Shown: positions 1 through 9,780 of the stretch, in pieces
Numbering within the stretch: position 1 is the stretch's first letter
Layout: each line of letters begins with the position of its first letter
Origin: Squalus acanthias
Taxonomy: Eukaryota
DNA: 64,000 nucleotides
Reading direction: 5' to 3'
Assembly: GCA_030390025.1 (NCBI GenBank)
Contig: CM059438.1
Location: 56,360,001-56,424,000, forward strand
Position numbers and translations under genes: made by a program
Notes under the pieces: generated by a model
What the model was told of the DNA's origin: nothing
What the model saw: the letters and a program-made list of their open reading frames with translations, nothing else
The model's database searches: none

Positions 1-1622
1 CAAAGCCAAGGATCCTGTATGATTTTTTTAACAGCCTTCTCAACTTGTCCTGCCACTTTCAAAGATTTGTGTACAGACACCCCCAGGTCTCTCTATTCCT
101 GCACTCCCTTTAAAATTGTACCATTTAGTTTATATTGCTTCTCCTCATTCTTCCTTCCCAAATGCATCACTTCACACTTCTCAGCATTAAATTTCATCTG
201 CGACGTGTCTGCCCATTTCACCAGTCTGTCTATGTCCTCCTGAAGTCTGAAACTATCCTCCTCACTGTTTAGTACATTTCTGAGTTTTGTTTCATCTGAA
301 AACTTTAAAATTATGCCCTGTATACCCAAGTCCAGTTTATTAATATATATCAAAAAGAGCAGTGGTCCCAACACCGACCCCTGGGAACACCACTGTATAC
401 TTGCCTCTAGTCTGAACAACAACTGTTCATCGCTATTCTCTGCTTTCTGTCCCTTGGCCAATTTTGTATCCACGCTACCACTGTCCCTTTAATCCCATGG
501 GCTTTAATTTTGCTAACAAGCCTATTGTGTGCTACTTTATCAAACGCATCATTGAAAGTCCATATACACAACATCAACTGCACTACCCTCATCAACCCTC
601 TCCGTTACTTCATCAAAGAACTCAATCAAGTTTGTCAGACATGATTTGCCTTTAACAAATCCATGTTGGCTGTCATTTATTGACCCACGGTTTTCCAAGT
701 GGCAATTAATTTGTCCCAGATTATTGTCTCTAAAAGTTTCCCCACCACCGACGTTAGGCTGACTGACCTGTAGTTACCGGGTTTATCCCTTACTTCCCTC
801 AGCAACCTAGGATGCAGCCCATCCGGACCTGGTGACTTTTTTACTTTGAGCACTGCCAACCTTTTAAGAACCTCCTCTTTATCTATTTTTATCCTATCCA
901 ATATCGCTACTGCCTCCTCCTTTACTGCTCCAGTGGCAGCATCTTCTTCTTTTGTGAAGACAGAAGCAAAGTCCTCATTTAGTACCTCAGACATGCCCTC
1001 TGCCTTCACAAGAAGATCTCCTTTTTGGTTCCCAATCAGCCCCACCCTTCCTTTGACTATCTTTTTACAAGTCATATGTTTATAAAAGACTTTAGTGTTC
1101 TCTTTTAGGATACCCGCTCATAGATTCTCTTTGCCTCCCATTAGTTCCTTTTTCAGTTCTCCTCTGTATCTTCTGTATTCTGTCTGATTTCCTTCTGTAT
1201 TATGAATCTGACATTGATCACAAGCCTCCTTTCTTTGTTTCATTTTAACCTCTATATCTTTCGTCATCCAGGGAGCTTCCTTTTCCCATCATAGTAATGT
1301 ATTTAGTCTGTACCCGAACTATCTCCTCTTTGAAGGCCTCCCATTGCTCATTTACTGTTTGCCTGTCAATCTTTGATTCCAACCCACCGAGGCCTGATCC
1401 CTTTCAACTCACTGAAATTAGCCCTCCTCCGGCTGAGTATTTTCACATTTGATTGTTCCTTGTACTTTTCCATAACTATTCTAAACCAAATGATATTGTG
1501 ATTACGGTTTCCCAAATGCTCCCCCACTGAAACATGCTCCAATTGCCCCACTTCATTCCCCAGAACACCAGTTCCAGCACTGCTTCCTTCCTCGTTGGGC
1601 TGGAAACATTTGAATAAAGAAA

Positions 1623-2072
1623 CCACCTCATCTTTCGTTTAGGTACGCTACAGCCCTCTGGACTCAATATCGAGTTCAACAATTTTAGATCATAACCTCA
1701 GCCCCAATCACATTTATATTTTATTTTTTCATCCACTCTTTTGTTTGCCCGCCCCCCCCCCACTTTTTTTCCCTCCTAGAAGCTGGCAGCGGTCCTTCAT
1801 TCTGCCAGTGCATTTCACACTTCTTTTAGCCTTAACCTGTCACATTAACACCTCCTCTTGCCTTGATGTCTCTTAATGTCTCTTAATCTCTCCTTTTGTT
1901 CTTTCATCCCCTCCCCCTTTTCCCAGCTTTATCCTTGCCCTAAAACTATTTGATTTCCTGCTATTTCCAGTTCTGACGAAAGTTATACGACCTGAAACAT
2001 TAACTCTGTTTCTCTCTCCACGGATGCTGCCTCGCCTGCTGAGTTTTTCCAGCGTTTTCTGTTGTTATTTAC
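1623..2072 (+). mobile_element. 5'-truncated Penelope-like retroelement 3' end inserted into CR1
   Basis: Begins with HLIFRLGTLQPSGLNIEFNNFRS*, typical of the C-terminus of PLE GIY-YIG ORFs. Ends in the same 3' module seen at 48835-48930 and 50265-50355. Flanked by an 11-bp direct repeat GAATAAAGAAA (1612-1622 and 2073-2083). Confidence 0.8.
1969..2005 (+). ncRNA. Degenerate minimal type-I hammerhead ribozyme motif (PLE-associated)
   Basis: AGTT-CTGACGA-stem II-GAAA-CATT-AACT: both core boxes and a 4-bp stem I are present; stems II and III are mutated. Confidence 0.5.
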
Positions 2073-2570
2073 GAATAAAGAAAGTTCTCCTGTACACATT
2101 TCAGGAATTCCTCCTCCTCCTTTCCCTTTAAACTGTTCCCCCCAGTCTATATTAGGATAATTGAAGTCGCCCATTATCACTACTCTATTGCTTTACATTT
2201 TTCTGAAATTTACTTGCACATTTGCTCCTCCAACTCCTTCCCACTATTTGGTGGTCTATAGTATACACCCAGCAGTATAGCGACACCTATTCTGCTTCTT
2301 AGCTCGATCCAAATAGATTCTGTCTTTGAATCCTTAAGCACATCATCCATGTCCAGGGCTCTAACAGTATATTTGATCAATACTGTCACCTCCCTCCTTT
2401 TTTTCCTTCCCGTTCCTGCCCTTGTTTGAGCCAGGTCTCCGTTACGGCCATTATATTAGAACACCATGTGGCAACTTGTGCCGGCAGCTCACCAACCTGG
2501 TTAATCACGCTCCGTGCATTTACGCACACGCACTCCAACCCTGCCTTAGTCTGCTTTGAATTTCTCCCTT

Positions 2571-3109
2571 GTCTGATCTGACCCGGGGGAGGGATGTCTG
2601 ATCTGACCCGGGGGAGGGATGTCTGATCTGACCCGGGGGAGGGATGTCTGATCTGACCCGGGGGAGGGATGTCTGATCTGACCCGGGGGAGGGATGTCTG
2701 ATCTGACCCGGGGGAGGGATGTCTGATCTGACCCGGGGGAGGGATGTCTGATCTGACCCGGGGGAGGGATGTCTGATCTGACCCGGGGGAGGGATGTCTG
2801 ATCTGACCCGGGGGAGGGATGTCTGATCTGACCCGGGGGAGGGATGTCTGATCTGACCCGGGGGAGGGATGTCTGATCTGACCCGGGGGAGGGATGTCCG
2901 ATCTGACCCGGGGGAGGGATGTCTGATCTGACCCGGGGGAGGGATGTCTGATCTGACCCGGGGGAGGGATGTCCGATCTGACCCGGGGGGGGAGGGATGT
3001 CTGATCTGACCCGGGGGAGGGATGTCTGATCTGACCCGGGGGGAGGGATGTCTGATCTGACCCGGGGGAGGGATGTCCGATCTGACCCGGGGGAGGGATG
3101 TCCGATCTG
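2571..3109. repeat. 25-bp G-rich minisatellite (ACCCGGGGGAGGGATGTCTGATCTG), about 21 copies
   Basis: Near-perfect 25-nt periodicity (e.g. 2581, 2606, 2631). Confidence 0.97.
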
Positions 3110-3403
3110 CCAATGTCCTTTTTCCAGGTTCAATCTGCTGCGTTGAGAATTTCTGGACCTGAGACATGCTGATTGACCGATTGACACTGGCACTGGCCTG
3201 ACTTGTGGTACAGTGCTGGCAGCAACTCTAACTGACGACGTTAACTTGAATTTTGGCACTGCTGCTGATACTATCACGATAGTCCTTTTGTGACCTGGGT
3301 AAATAAGGGAGGCTGAAATAGGCAGGTTAAAGTATCTGCTCCAAGTCCCTGTAATCACTTTGATCTGAAAGACTGCTTTACATAGGTGAAGATTGCTACA
3401 TAC

Positions 3404-3499
3404 CTGGTATCGTCACTGTTGTTGGATCAGCTTTCTTGGGCTCATCAAAACTGAACTCAGCAGAAGGGATGGATTTGATGTTAAATGGAGGCATTCTAA
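3404..3499 (-). CDS. Candidate 96-nt internal exon of an unidentified host gene (RMPPFNIKSIPSAEFSFDEPKKADPTTVTIP)
   Basis: Acceptor ttgttttgtgttcacag and donor CAG|gtatgt; phase 1-1; only one open frame; non-repetitive sequence. No homolog recognised. Confidence 0.35.
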
Positions 3500-3699
3500 C
3501 TGTGAACACAAAACAAGTAGATCTGTAATGGCCACTACCTGTATAGGCCACCTGTATCTGCAGTATCAATACAGTATATTCGCATCTGTATTGTTTCTGG
3601 AACATATATCTGCACTGTATACATATAGTATATCTGTACATTACTCTCCCACTCTCCCACACTACCACACTCTAGCTCTCCAACTCTCCCACACTCGAA

Positions 3700-4761
3700 G
3701 GGGGAAAAACTCAGTTGGTTAGCGCCTCCAGTTAGTGCCTGGCAGGGGCGCCAACAGGGCGTTGATGCAGTAGCGCCGGGGTGAGGTGAATCCAGCGAAG
3801 CACGCCAAATCCGGCCCCCCCCACATAGCGTCGTCGCTACGAGTTACCGTCGGGGACCTCAGCGCCAAGCAGTTCGTGACGTCACTGAGCGTGCAACGCT
3901 CACTGGGCACCCAGTCTGCAAAATTCATTGTCGCCCCCTGCCTTAGCGCCTCGCCCCGATAGCGACAGGGAGAGGAGGCGTCAAGCAGGCGGATGCCGAC
4001 TCCAGGGGCGCTACTTAAAGGCATCCTCAGTAATGAGTCGCAGCTGTCAGGTTAGTGGGGTTTCACTGCTTCCTTGTCAGTTTGAGATTGTGAAACCGAT
4101 TCATTCAATCATTTAAAGGTTGTTTAGTATCAGGAGTGTTGTGGCTACTAACAATTAGTTACATTTATTCTCACAACATATCAAAGTGCTACACTTGGTC
4201 AGATTAATGGGGGCTGTACTGGCAGTCAACCTCGCCCTCCAGGATCTACGGGAGAGGGAGCAGAGGTAGCGAGAAAGATTGGAACATGTGGCCCGAGGGA
4301 GGAGGAGGGCCATCAGGGCTCTCAACAAGAGGCCTTACCCTCCGAGGGTATTCCGACAGCACATCTCCTAAATCCAATTAAGCCAGGAGCAGTGTATTAG
4401 GAGGCTCTGCTTCTGCAAGGAGGTGGTCACAGAACTCTGCCACCTCCTGCAACCAGACCTCGAGCCTCAGAACAGGGTGACCATGGCTCTCTCAGTGGCA
4501 GTCAAGGTCACTGTCACCCTCAATTTCTTCACCGGTGGACCCTTCCAGTCTGCAACAGGAGAGATAGCAAACATCTCGCAGTTCGCCGTCCTTCGCAGCA
4601 TCCGGGAGGTCACAAAGGCTCTCTACAGTAGGAGAAGGGAAAAGATTTCCTTCCCCATCACCAGAGAGAAGCAGGACGAGCATTCATGTGGCTTTGCCAA
4701 GATAACGGGATTCCCCATGGTGCAGGGCGCCATTGACTGCACCCACATGGCTTTGTGGGCA
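3700..4761 (+). mobile_element. Truncated PIF/Harbinger transposon; transposase pseudogene 4207-4761
   Basis: RRPYPPRVFR...VAVKVTVTLNFF...GFPMVQGAIDCTH (Harbinger/HARBI1-type DDE_Tnp_4 motif). In-frame stops at 4267 and 4369; cut off by the 16-bp satellite. Confidence 0.85.
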
Positions 4762-5498
4762 GCTCTCCCACACTCCAACTCACCCACACTCCAACTCTCC
4801 CGCACTCCAACCCTCAAACACTCCAACTCACCCACACTCCAACTGACCACACTCCAACTCACCCACACTCCAACTCACCCACACTCCAACTGACCACACT
4901 CCAACTCTCCCACACTCCAACTCTCCCACACTCCAACCCTCAAACACTCCAACACACCCACACTCCAACTCACCCACACGCCAACTCTCCCAAACTCCAA
5001 CACTCCAACTCACCCACACTCCAACTCACCCACACTCCAACCCTCAAACACTCCAACTCACCCACACTCCGACTGACCACACTCCAACTCTCCCACACTC
5101 CAACTCTCCCGCACTCCAACCCTCAAACACTCCAACTCACCCACACTCCAACTCACCCACACTCCAACTCACCCACACTCCAACTCTCCCACACTCCAAC
5201 TCTCCCACACTCCAACACTCCAACTCACCCACACTCCAACTCACCCACACTCCAACTCTCCCACACTCCAACTCTCCCACACTCCAACTCACCCACACTC
5301 CAACTCTCCCACACTCCAACCCTCAAACACTCCAACTCTCCCACACTCCAACTCACCCACACTCCAACTCTCCCGCACTCCAACCCTCAAACACTCCAAC
5401 TCACCCACACTCCAACTCTCCCTCACTCCAACTCTCCCACACTCCCAATCTACCGCACTCCAACTCTCCCACACTCCAACTCTCACTCACTCCAACTC
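4762..5498. repeat. 16-bp satellite (CCACACTCCAACTCTC)n, C-rich strand on +
   Basis: Direct tandem periodicity with variant units. Confidence 0.97.
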
Positions 5499-5998
5499 NN
5501 NNNNNNNNNNNNNNNNNNNNNNNNNNNNNNNNNNNNNNNNNNNNNNNNNNNNNNNNNNNNNNNNNNNNNNNNNNNNNNNNNNNNNNNNNNNNNNNNNNNN
5601 NNNNNNNNNNNNNNNNNNNNNNNNNNNNNNNNNNNNNNNNNNNNNNNNNNNNNNNNNNNNNNNNNNNNNNNNNNNNNNNNNNNNNNNNNNNNNNNNNNNN
5701 NNNNNNNNNNNNNNNNNNNNNNNNNNNNNNNNNNNNNNNNNNNNNNNNNNNNNNNNNNNNNNNNNNNNNNNNNNNNNNNNNNNNNNNNNNNNNNNNNNNN
5801 NNNNNNNNNNNNNNNNNNNNNNNNNNNNNNNNNNNNNNNNNNNNNNNNNNNNNNNNNNNNNNNNNNNNNNNNNNNNNNNNNNNNNNNNNNNNNNNNNNNN
5901 NNNNNNNNNNNNNNNNNNNNNNNNNNNNNNNNNNNNNNNNNNNNNNNNNNNNNNNNNNNNNNNNNNNNNNNNNNNNNNNNNNNNNNNNNNNNNNNNNN
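5499..5998. other. Assembly gap (500 N)
   Basis: N run. Confidence 1.
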
Positions 5999-6147
5999 GA
6001 GAGTTGGAGTGAGTGAGAGTTGGAGTGTGGGAGAGTTGGAGTGCGGTACATAGATACATAGATACATAGAAGATAGGAGCAGGAGTAGGCCATCCGGCCC
6101 TTCGAGCCTGCTCCGCCATTTAATGAGATCATGGCTGATCCTTCAAT

Positions 6148-9099
6148 TCAGTATCCCGTCCCCGCCTTCTCTCCGTAACCCTTAACCCCTTTTGCCTGTA
6201 GAAATATATCTAATTCCCTCTTAAATATATTTAATGAGCTGGCGTACACTGCCCTCTGTGGCAATGAGTTCCACAGGTTCACCACTCTCTGAGTGAAGAA
6301 ATTCCCCCTCATTTCTGTCCTAAATGGTTTAGCCCTTATCCTTAAATTATGTCCTCTAGTTCTGTTCTCACCCGCCAAGGGAAACATTCCTTCTGCATCT
6401 AATCTGTCTTGACCTGTCAGAATTTTATACACTTCTATGAGGTCCCCTCTCAATCTTCTAAACTCCAGTGTGTACATCCCTAAACTACATAGTCTCTCCT
6501 CATAGGTCAATCCCGCCATTCCTGGTATCAGCCTGGTGAATCGCCGCTGCACCCCCTCCATGGCAAGAACATCTTTCCTCAGATGAGGCGACCAAAACTG
6601 TACACAGTACTCGAGGTGTGGTCTCACCAGTGCCCTGTACAGCTGCAGCAAGGTATCCCTGTTCCTGTATTCCAACCCTTTTGCTATGAAGGCCAGCATA
6701 CCGTTTGCCTTCTTGACCGCCTGTTGCACCTGCATGCTCGCCTTCAGTGACTGGTGTACAAGAACACCCAGGTCTCTCTGTACTTCCCCCTCTCCCAATT
6801 TATTGCCATTTAAATAATAATTTGCCCTCCCGTTCCTGCACCCAAGGTGGATAACTTCGCACTTGTCCACATTATAGTGCATCTGCCATTTATCCGCCCA
6901 ATCACCCAGTCTGTCCAAATCGCTCTGGAGCTTCCTGGTCTCCTCCTCTGAGCCCACCCCCCCTCCTAGTTTAGTGTCGTCTGCAAATTTGGAAATGCTG
7001 CATTCGACTCCCTGATCCAGGTCATTAATATAAATTGTGAACAGCTGGGGACCCAGGACAGATCCCTGTGGTACCCCACTTGTTACTGCCTGCCATTCAG
7101 AAAATGAGCCGTTTATTCCAACTCTCTGTTTTCTATCTGACAGCCAGTTCTCTATCCACGTCAATACTTTCCCCTTTATCCCATGAGCTTCAATTTTCCA
7201 TGCTAATCTTTTATGTGGGACCTTATCGAAGGCCTTTTGGAAGTCCAGGTACACCACATCTACTGGCTCTCCCCCATCTATTTTACCAGTTACTCCCTCA
7301 AAAAATTCCAATAGATTAGTCAAGCACGATTTACCCTTTGTAAATCCATGTTGACTCTGTCCTATCCTGTCCCCATTTGCTAAGTGCTCGGCTATTTCAT
7401 CCTTAATGATGGACTCCAGCATTTTGCCCACAACTGATGTAAGGCTTACAGGTCTGTAATTACCTGCTTTTTCCCTACCCCCCTTTTTGAATAGTGGGGT
7501 AACGTTAGCTACCCTCCAATCCATGGGCACTGTTCCCGAGTCTAATGAATTCTGAAAAATCATGCTTAGTGCATCCGCTATCTCTAGGGCCACCTCCTTC
7601 AGTACCCTAGGATGCATGTTATCAGGCCCTGGGGATTTGTCCGCCTTCAATCCCTTTAGCTTCCTTAACACCATATCCTTAGAGATATTGATTTGCGTCA
7701 GTTCCTCCTTTGCCAATGTCCCTATTTTTCCCGATATCCCAGGGAGGTTTTTTGTGTCTTCCTTCGTAAAGACTGACCCAAAGTATGCATTTAGTTGGTC
7801 TGCCATTTCCTTATTTCCCATTATATATTCCCCCGTATCTGACTGCAATGGACCAACTTTGGTTTTCACCAGTCTTTTCCTCTTGATATACTTATAAAAG
7901 CTTTTGGAGTTAGTTTTTATATTTTCCGCCAGCTTGCTTTCGTAAGCTATTTTGCCCTTCTTGATTAAGCCCTTTGCCCTCCTTTGCTCTATCTTAAACT
8001 GTTCCCAATCTTCCGCTCTGGCGCGTTTTTTGGCTATTTTATACGCCCTATCTTTGGATTTTATGCTGTCTCTAATTTCCCCTGTTATCCACGGTTGAGT
8101 CACCTTTTTAGATTTCCTTTTATGCCAGATTGGTATAAACAATTTTTGCAATTTTGTCATTCTATCTTTAAATGCTTGCCATTGTTTATCTACCTCCAGT
8201 CCTCCCAGGAACGTTGTCCAATCAGACCTACTCAGTTCCCGTCTAATGGCATCATAATTCCCCTTGTTTAAATTCAGGACCTGAGTCTCTGAGTCAATTT
8301 CTTCGCTCTCCATTTCGAGTGAGAAATCGATCATGTTATGATCGCTCTGACCCAAGGGTCCCCGTACAACAAGATTACTAATTAGTCCCTTCTCATTGCA
8401 CAGTACCCAGTCCAATATAGCCTGTTCCCGAGTTGGTTCCTCGACATATTGATCCAGATAACCATCCCTTAAACACTCAAGGAATTCCTCCTCCTCAGTA
8501 TTTTTACTGATTAGGCTAGTCCAATCTATATGTAAGTTAAAGTCACCTATGATGACAGCTGTGCTCTTATTGCACGCTTCTCTAATTTCCCTCGTGATGC
8601 CCTCCCCAACCTCTATTTTACTATTTGGAGGCCTATATACCACTCCTATTAATGTTTTTCGCCCCTCGCTATTTCTTAGCTCCACCCATATAGATTCTGT
8701 ATTAACTGAGTTAATATCCTTCCTTTCAATTGCATTTATCCCCTCTTTTACCAGCAATGCTACCCCTCCTCCCTTTCTTTTTTGTCGATCCTTCCTAAAT
8801 ACTGAATACCCCTGTATGTTAAGCTCCCAGCCCTGCTCACCCTGCAACCATGTTTCCGTAATCCCAATTAGATCATAATTATTAACCTCTATTTCCACAG
8901 CTAATTCATCTACCTTGTTCCTGATGCTTCTCGCATTAAGGTATAAAACCCTCAGGCTTTTTTTATGCTCACATTTTTTATGAATTAGTTTGGCCCTTTG
9001 TTTTTTGTTCCTCTCCTTTTTACCATTTATTTCTGTCTGCCTTTCACTTTCCTCTATTTCACTACATGGGTTTCTAGCCCCCTGCCATACTAGTTTAAA
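6148..9099 (-). CDS. CR1 ORF2: AP endonuclease plus reverse transcriptase
   Basis: ORF track 6148-8898 (916 aa from a GTG) has GITETW, YRPP, GDFN, SDHN, QGSVLGP and FADD. The frame stays open upstream through LYLNARSIRNK to the ORF1 stop region with no ATG. Confidence 0.95.
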   Translation of the reverse strand, partial: FKLVWQGARNPCSEIEESERQTEINGKKERNKKQRAKLIHKKCEHKKSLRVLYLNARSIRNKVDELAVEIEVNNYDLIGITETWLQGEQGWELNIQGYSVFRKDRQKRKGGGVALLVKEGINAIERKDINSVNTESIWVELRNSEGRKTLIGVVYRPPNSKIEVGEGITREIREACNKSTAVIIGDFNLHIDWTSLISKNTEEEEFLECLRDGYLDQYVEEPTREQAILDWVLCNEKGLISNLVVRGPLGQSDHNMIDFSLEMESEEIDSETQVLNLNKGNYDAIRRELSRSDWTTFLGGLEVDKQWQAFKDRMTKLQKLFIPIWHKRKSKKVTQPWITGEIRDSIKSKDRAYKIAKKRARAEDWEQFKIEQRRAKGLIKKGKIAYESKLAENIKTNSKSFYKYIKRKRLVKTKVGPLQSDTGEYIMGNKEMADQLNAYFGSVFTKEDTKNLPGISGKIGTLAKEELTQINISKDMVLRKLKGLKADKSPGPDNMHPRVLKEVALEIADALSMIFQNSLDSGTVPMDWRVANVTPLFKKGGREKAGNYRPVSLTSVVGKMLESIIKDEIAEHLANGDRIGQSQHGFTKGKSCLTNLLEFFEGVTGKIDGGEPVDVVYLDFQKAFDKVPHKRLAWKIEAHGIKGKVLTWIENWLSDRKQRVGINGSFSEWQAVTSGVPQGSVLGPQLFTIYINDLDQGVECSISKFADDTKLGGGVGSEEETRKLQSDLDRLGDWADKWQMHYNVDKCEVIHLGCRNGRANYYLNGNKLGEGEVQRDLGVLVHQSLKASMQVQQAVKKANGMLAFIAKGLEYRNRDTLLQLYRALVRPHLEYCVQFWSPHLRKDVLAMEGVQRRFTRLIPGMAGLTYEERLCSLGMYTLEFRRLRGDLIEVYKILTGQDRLDAEGMFPLAGENRTRGHNLRIRAKPFRTEMRGNFFTQRVVNLWNSLPQRAVYASSLNIFKRELDIFLQAKGVKGYGEKAGTGY

Positions 9100-9780
9100 T
9101 GCTCCCGAACTGCTTTATCAAAATTTACCCCGAGAACCTCAGTTCCATCTTTGCACAGGTGTAGACCGTCCCTTTTGTATAGGTCACACCTACCACAAAA
9201 CTGGTCCCAATGCCTCAAAAATTTAAAACCCTCCCTCTTACACCACTGCTCAAGCCACGTATTTAGCCTAACTATCCTGTTCTCTGTACTCTTACTAGCA
9301 CGTGGCACTGGTAGTAATCCAGAGATTACTACCTTCGAGGTCCTACTTTTTAGCTTGGCTCCTAACTCCCTAAATTCTACTTGTAGGACCTCTTCCCTTT
9401 TTTTAGCTACGTCGTTGGTACCAACATGTATCACGACAACTGGCTGTTCCCCCTCCCCCTCCAGAATGTTCTGCACCCGCGCCGAGACATCCTTGACCCT
9501 TGCACCAGGGAGGCAAATTACCATCCTGGAGTCTCGGTCGCGACCACAGAAACTCCTATCTATTCCCCTTACAATCGAATCCCCTATTACTATAGCCCTG
9601 CCACTCTTTTTCCCTCCCTTCTTTGCAACAGAGCCAGTCATGGTGCCATGAGCCTGGCTGCTGGTGCCTTCCCCCGATGAGTCATCCCCCCCGACAACAG
9701 CACCTAAGGCGGTGAACCTGTTGCTGAGGGAGACAACCCCAGGGGATTCCTGCACTACCTTCCTGCCCTTGCTCTGCCTT
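9090..9780 (-). CDS. CR1 ORF1 (partial), SGNH/GDSL esterase domain
   Basis: LSNRF motif, IGDSIVR, PGA, HVGTND and DGLHL esterase blocks. Confidence 0.92.

Larger units (their letters stand above)
1..2545 (-). mobile_element. Degenerate CR1 LINE (ORF2 APE to RT fragments), interrupted by a Penelope fragment
   Basis: Minus-strand ORF pieces with CR1 motifs ([56 protein letters not shown] near 2510-2520); many frameshifts and stops. Confidence 0.9.
6047..9780 (-). mobile_element. Young CR1 LINE, 5'-truncated within ORF1, inserted in the 16-bp satellite
   Basis: Uninterrupted ORF2, partial ORF1, CR1 3' UTR and (TATGTATC)n 8-bp tail at about 6047-6070. Confidence 0.97.
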
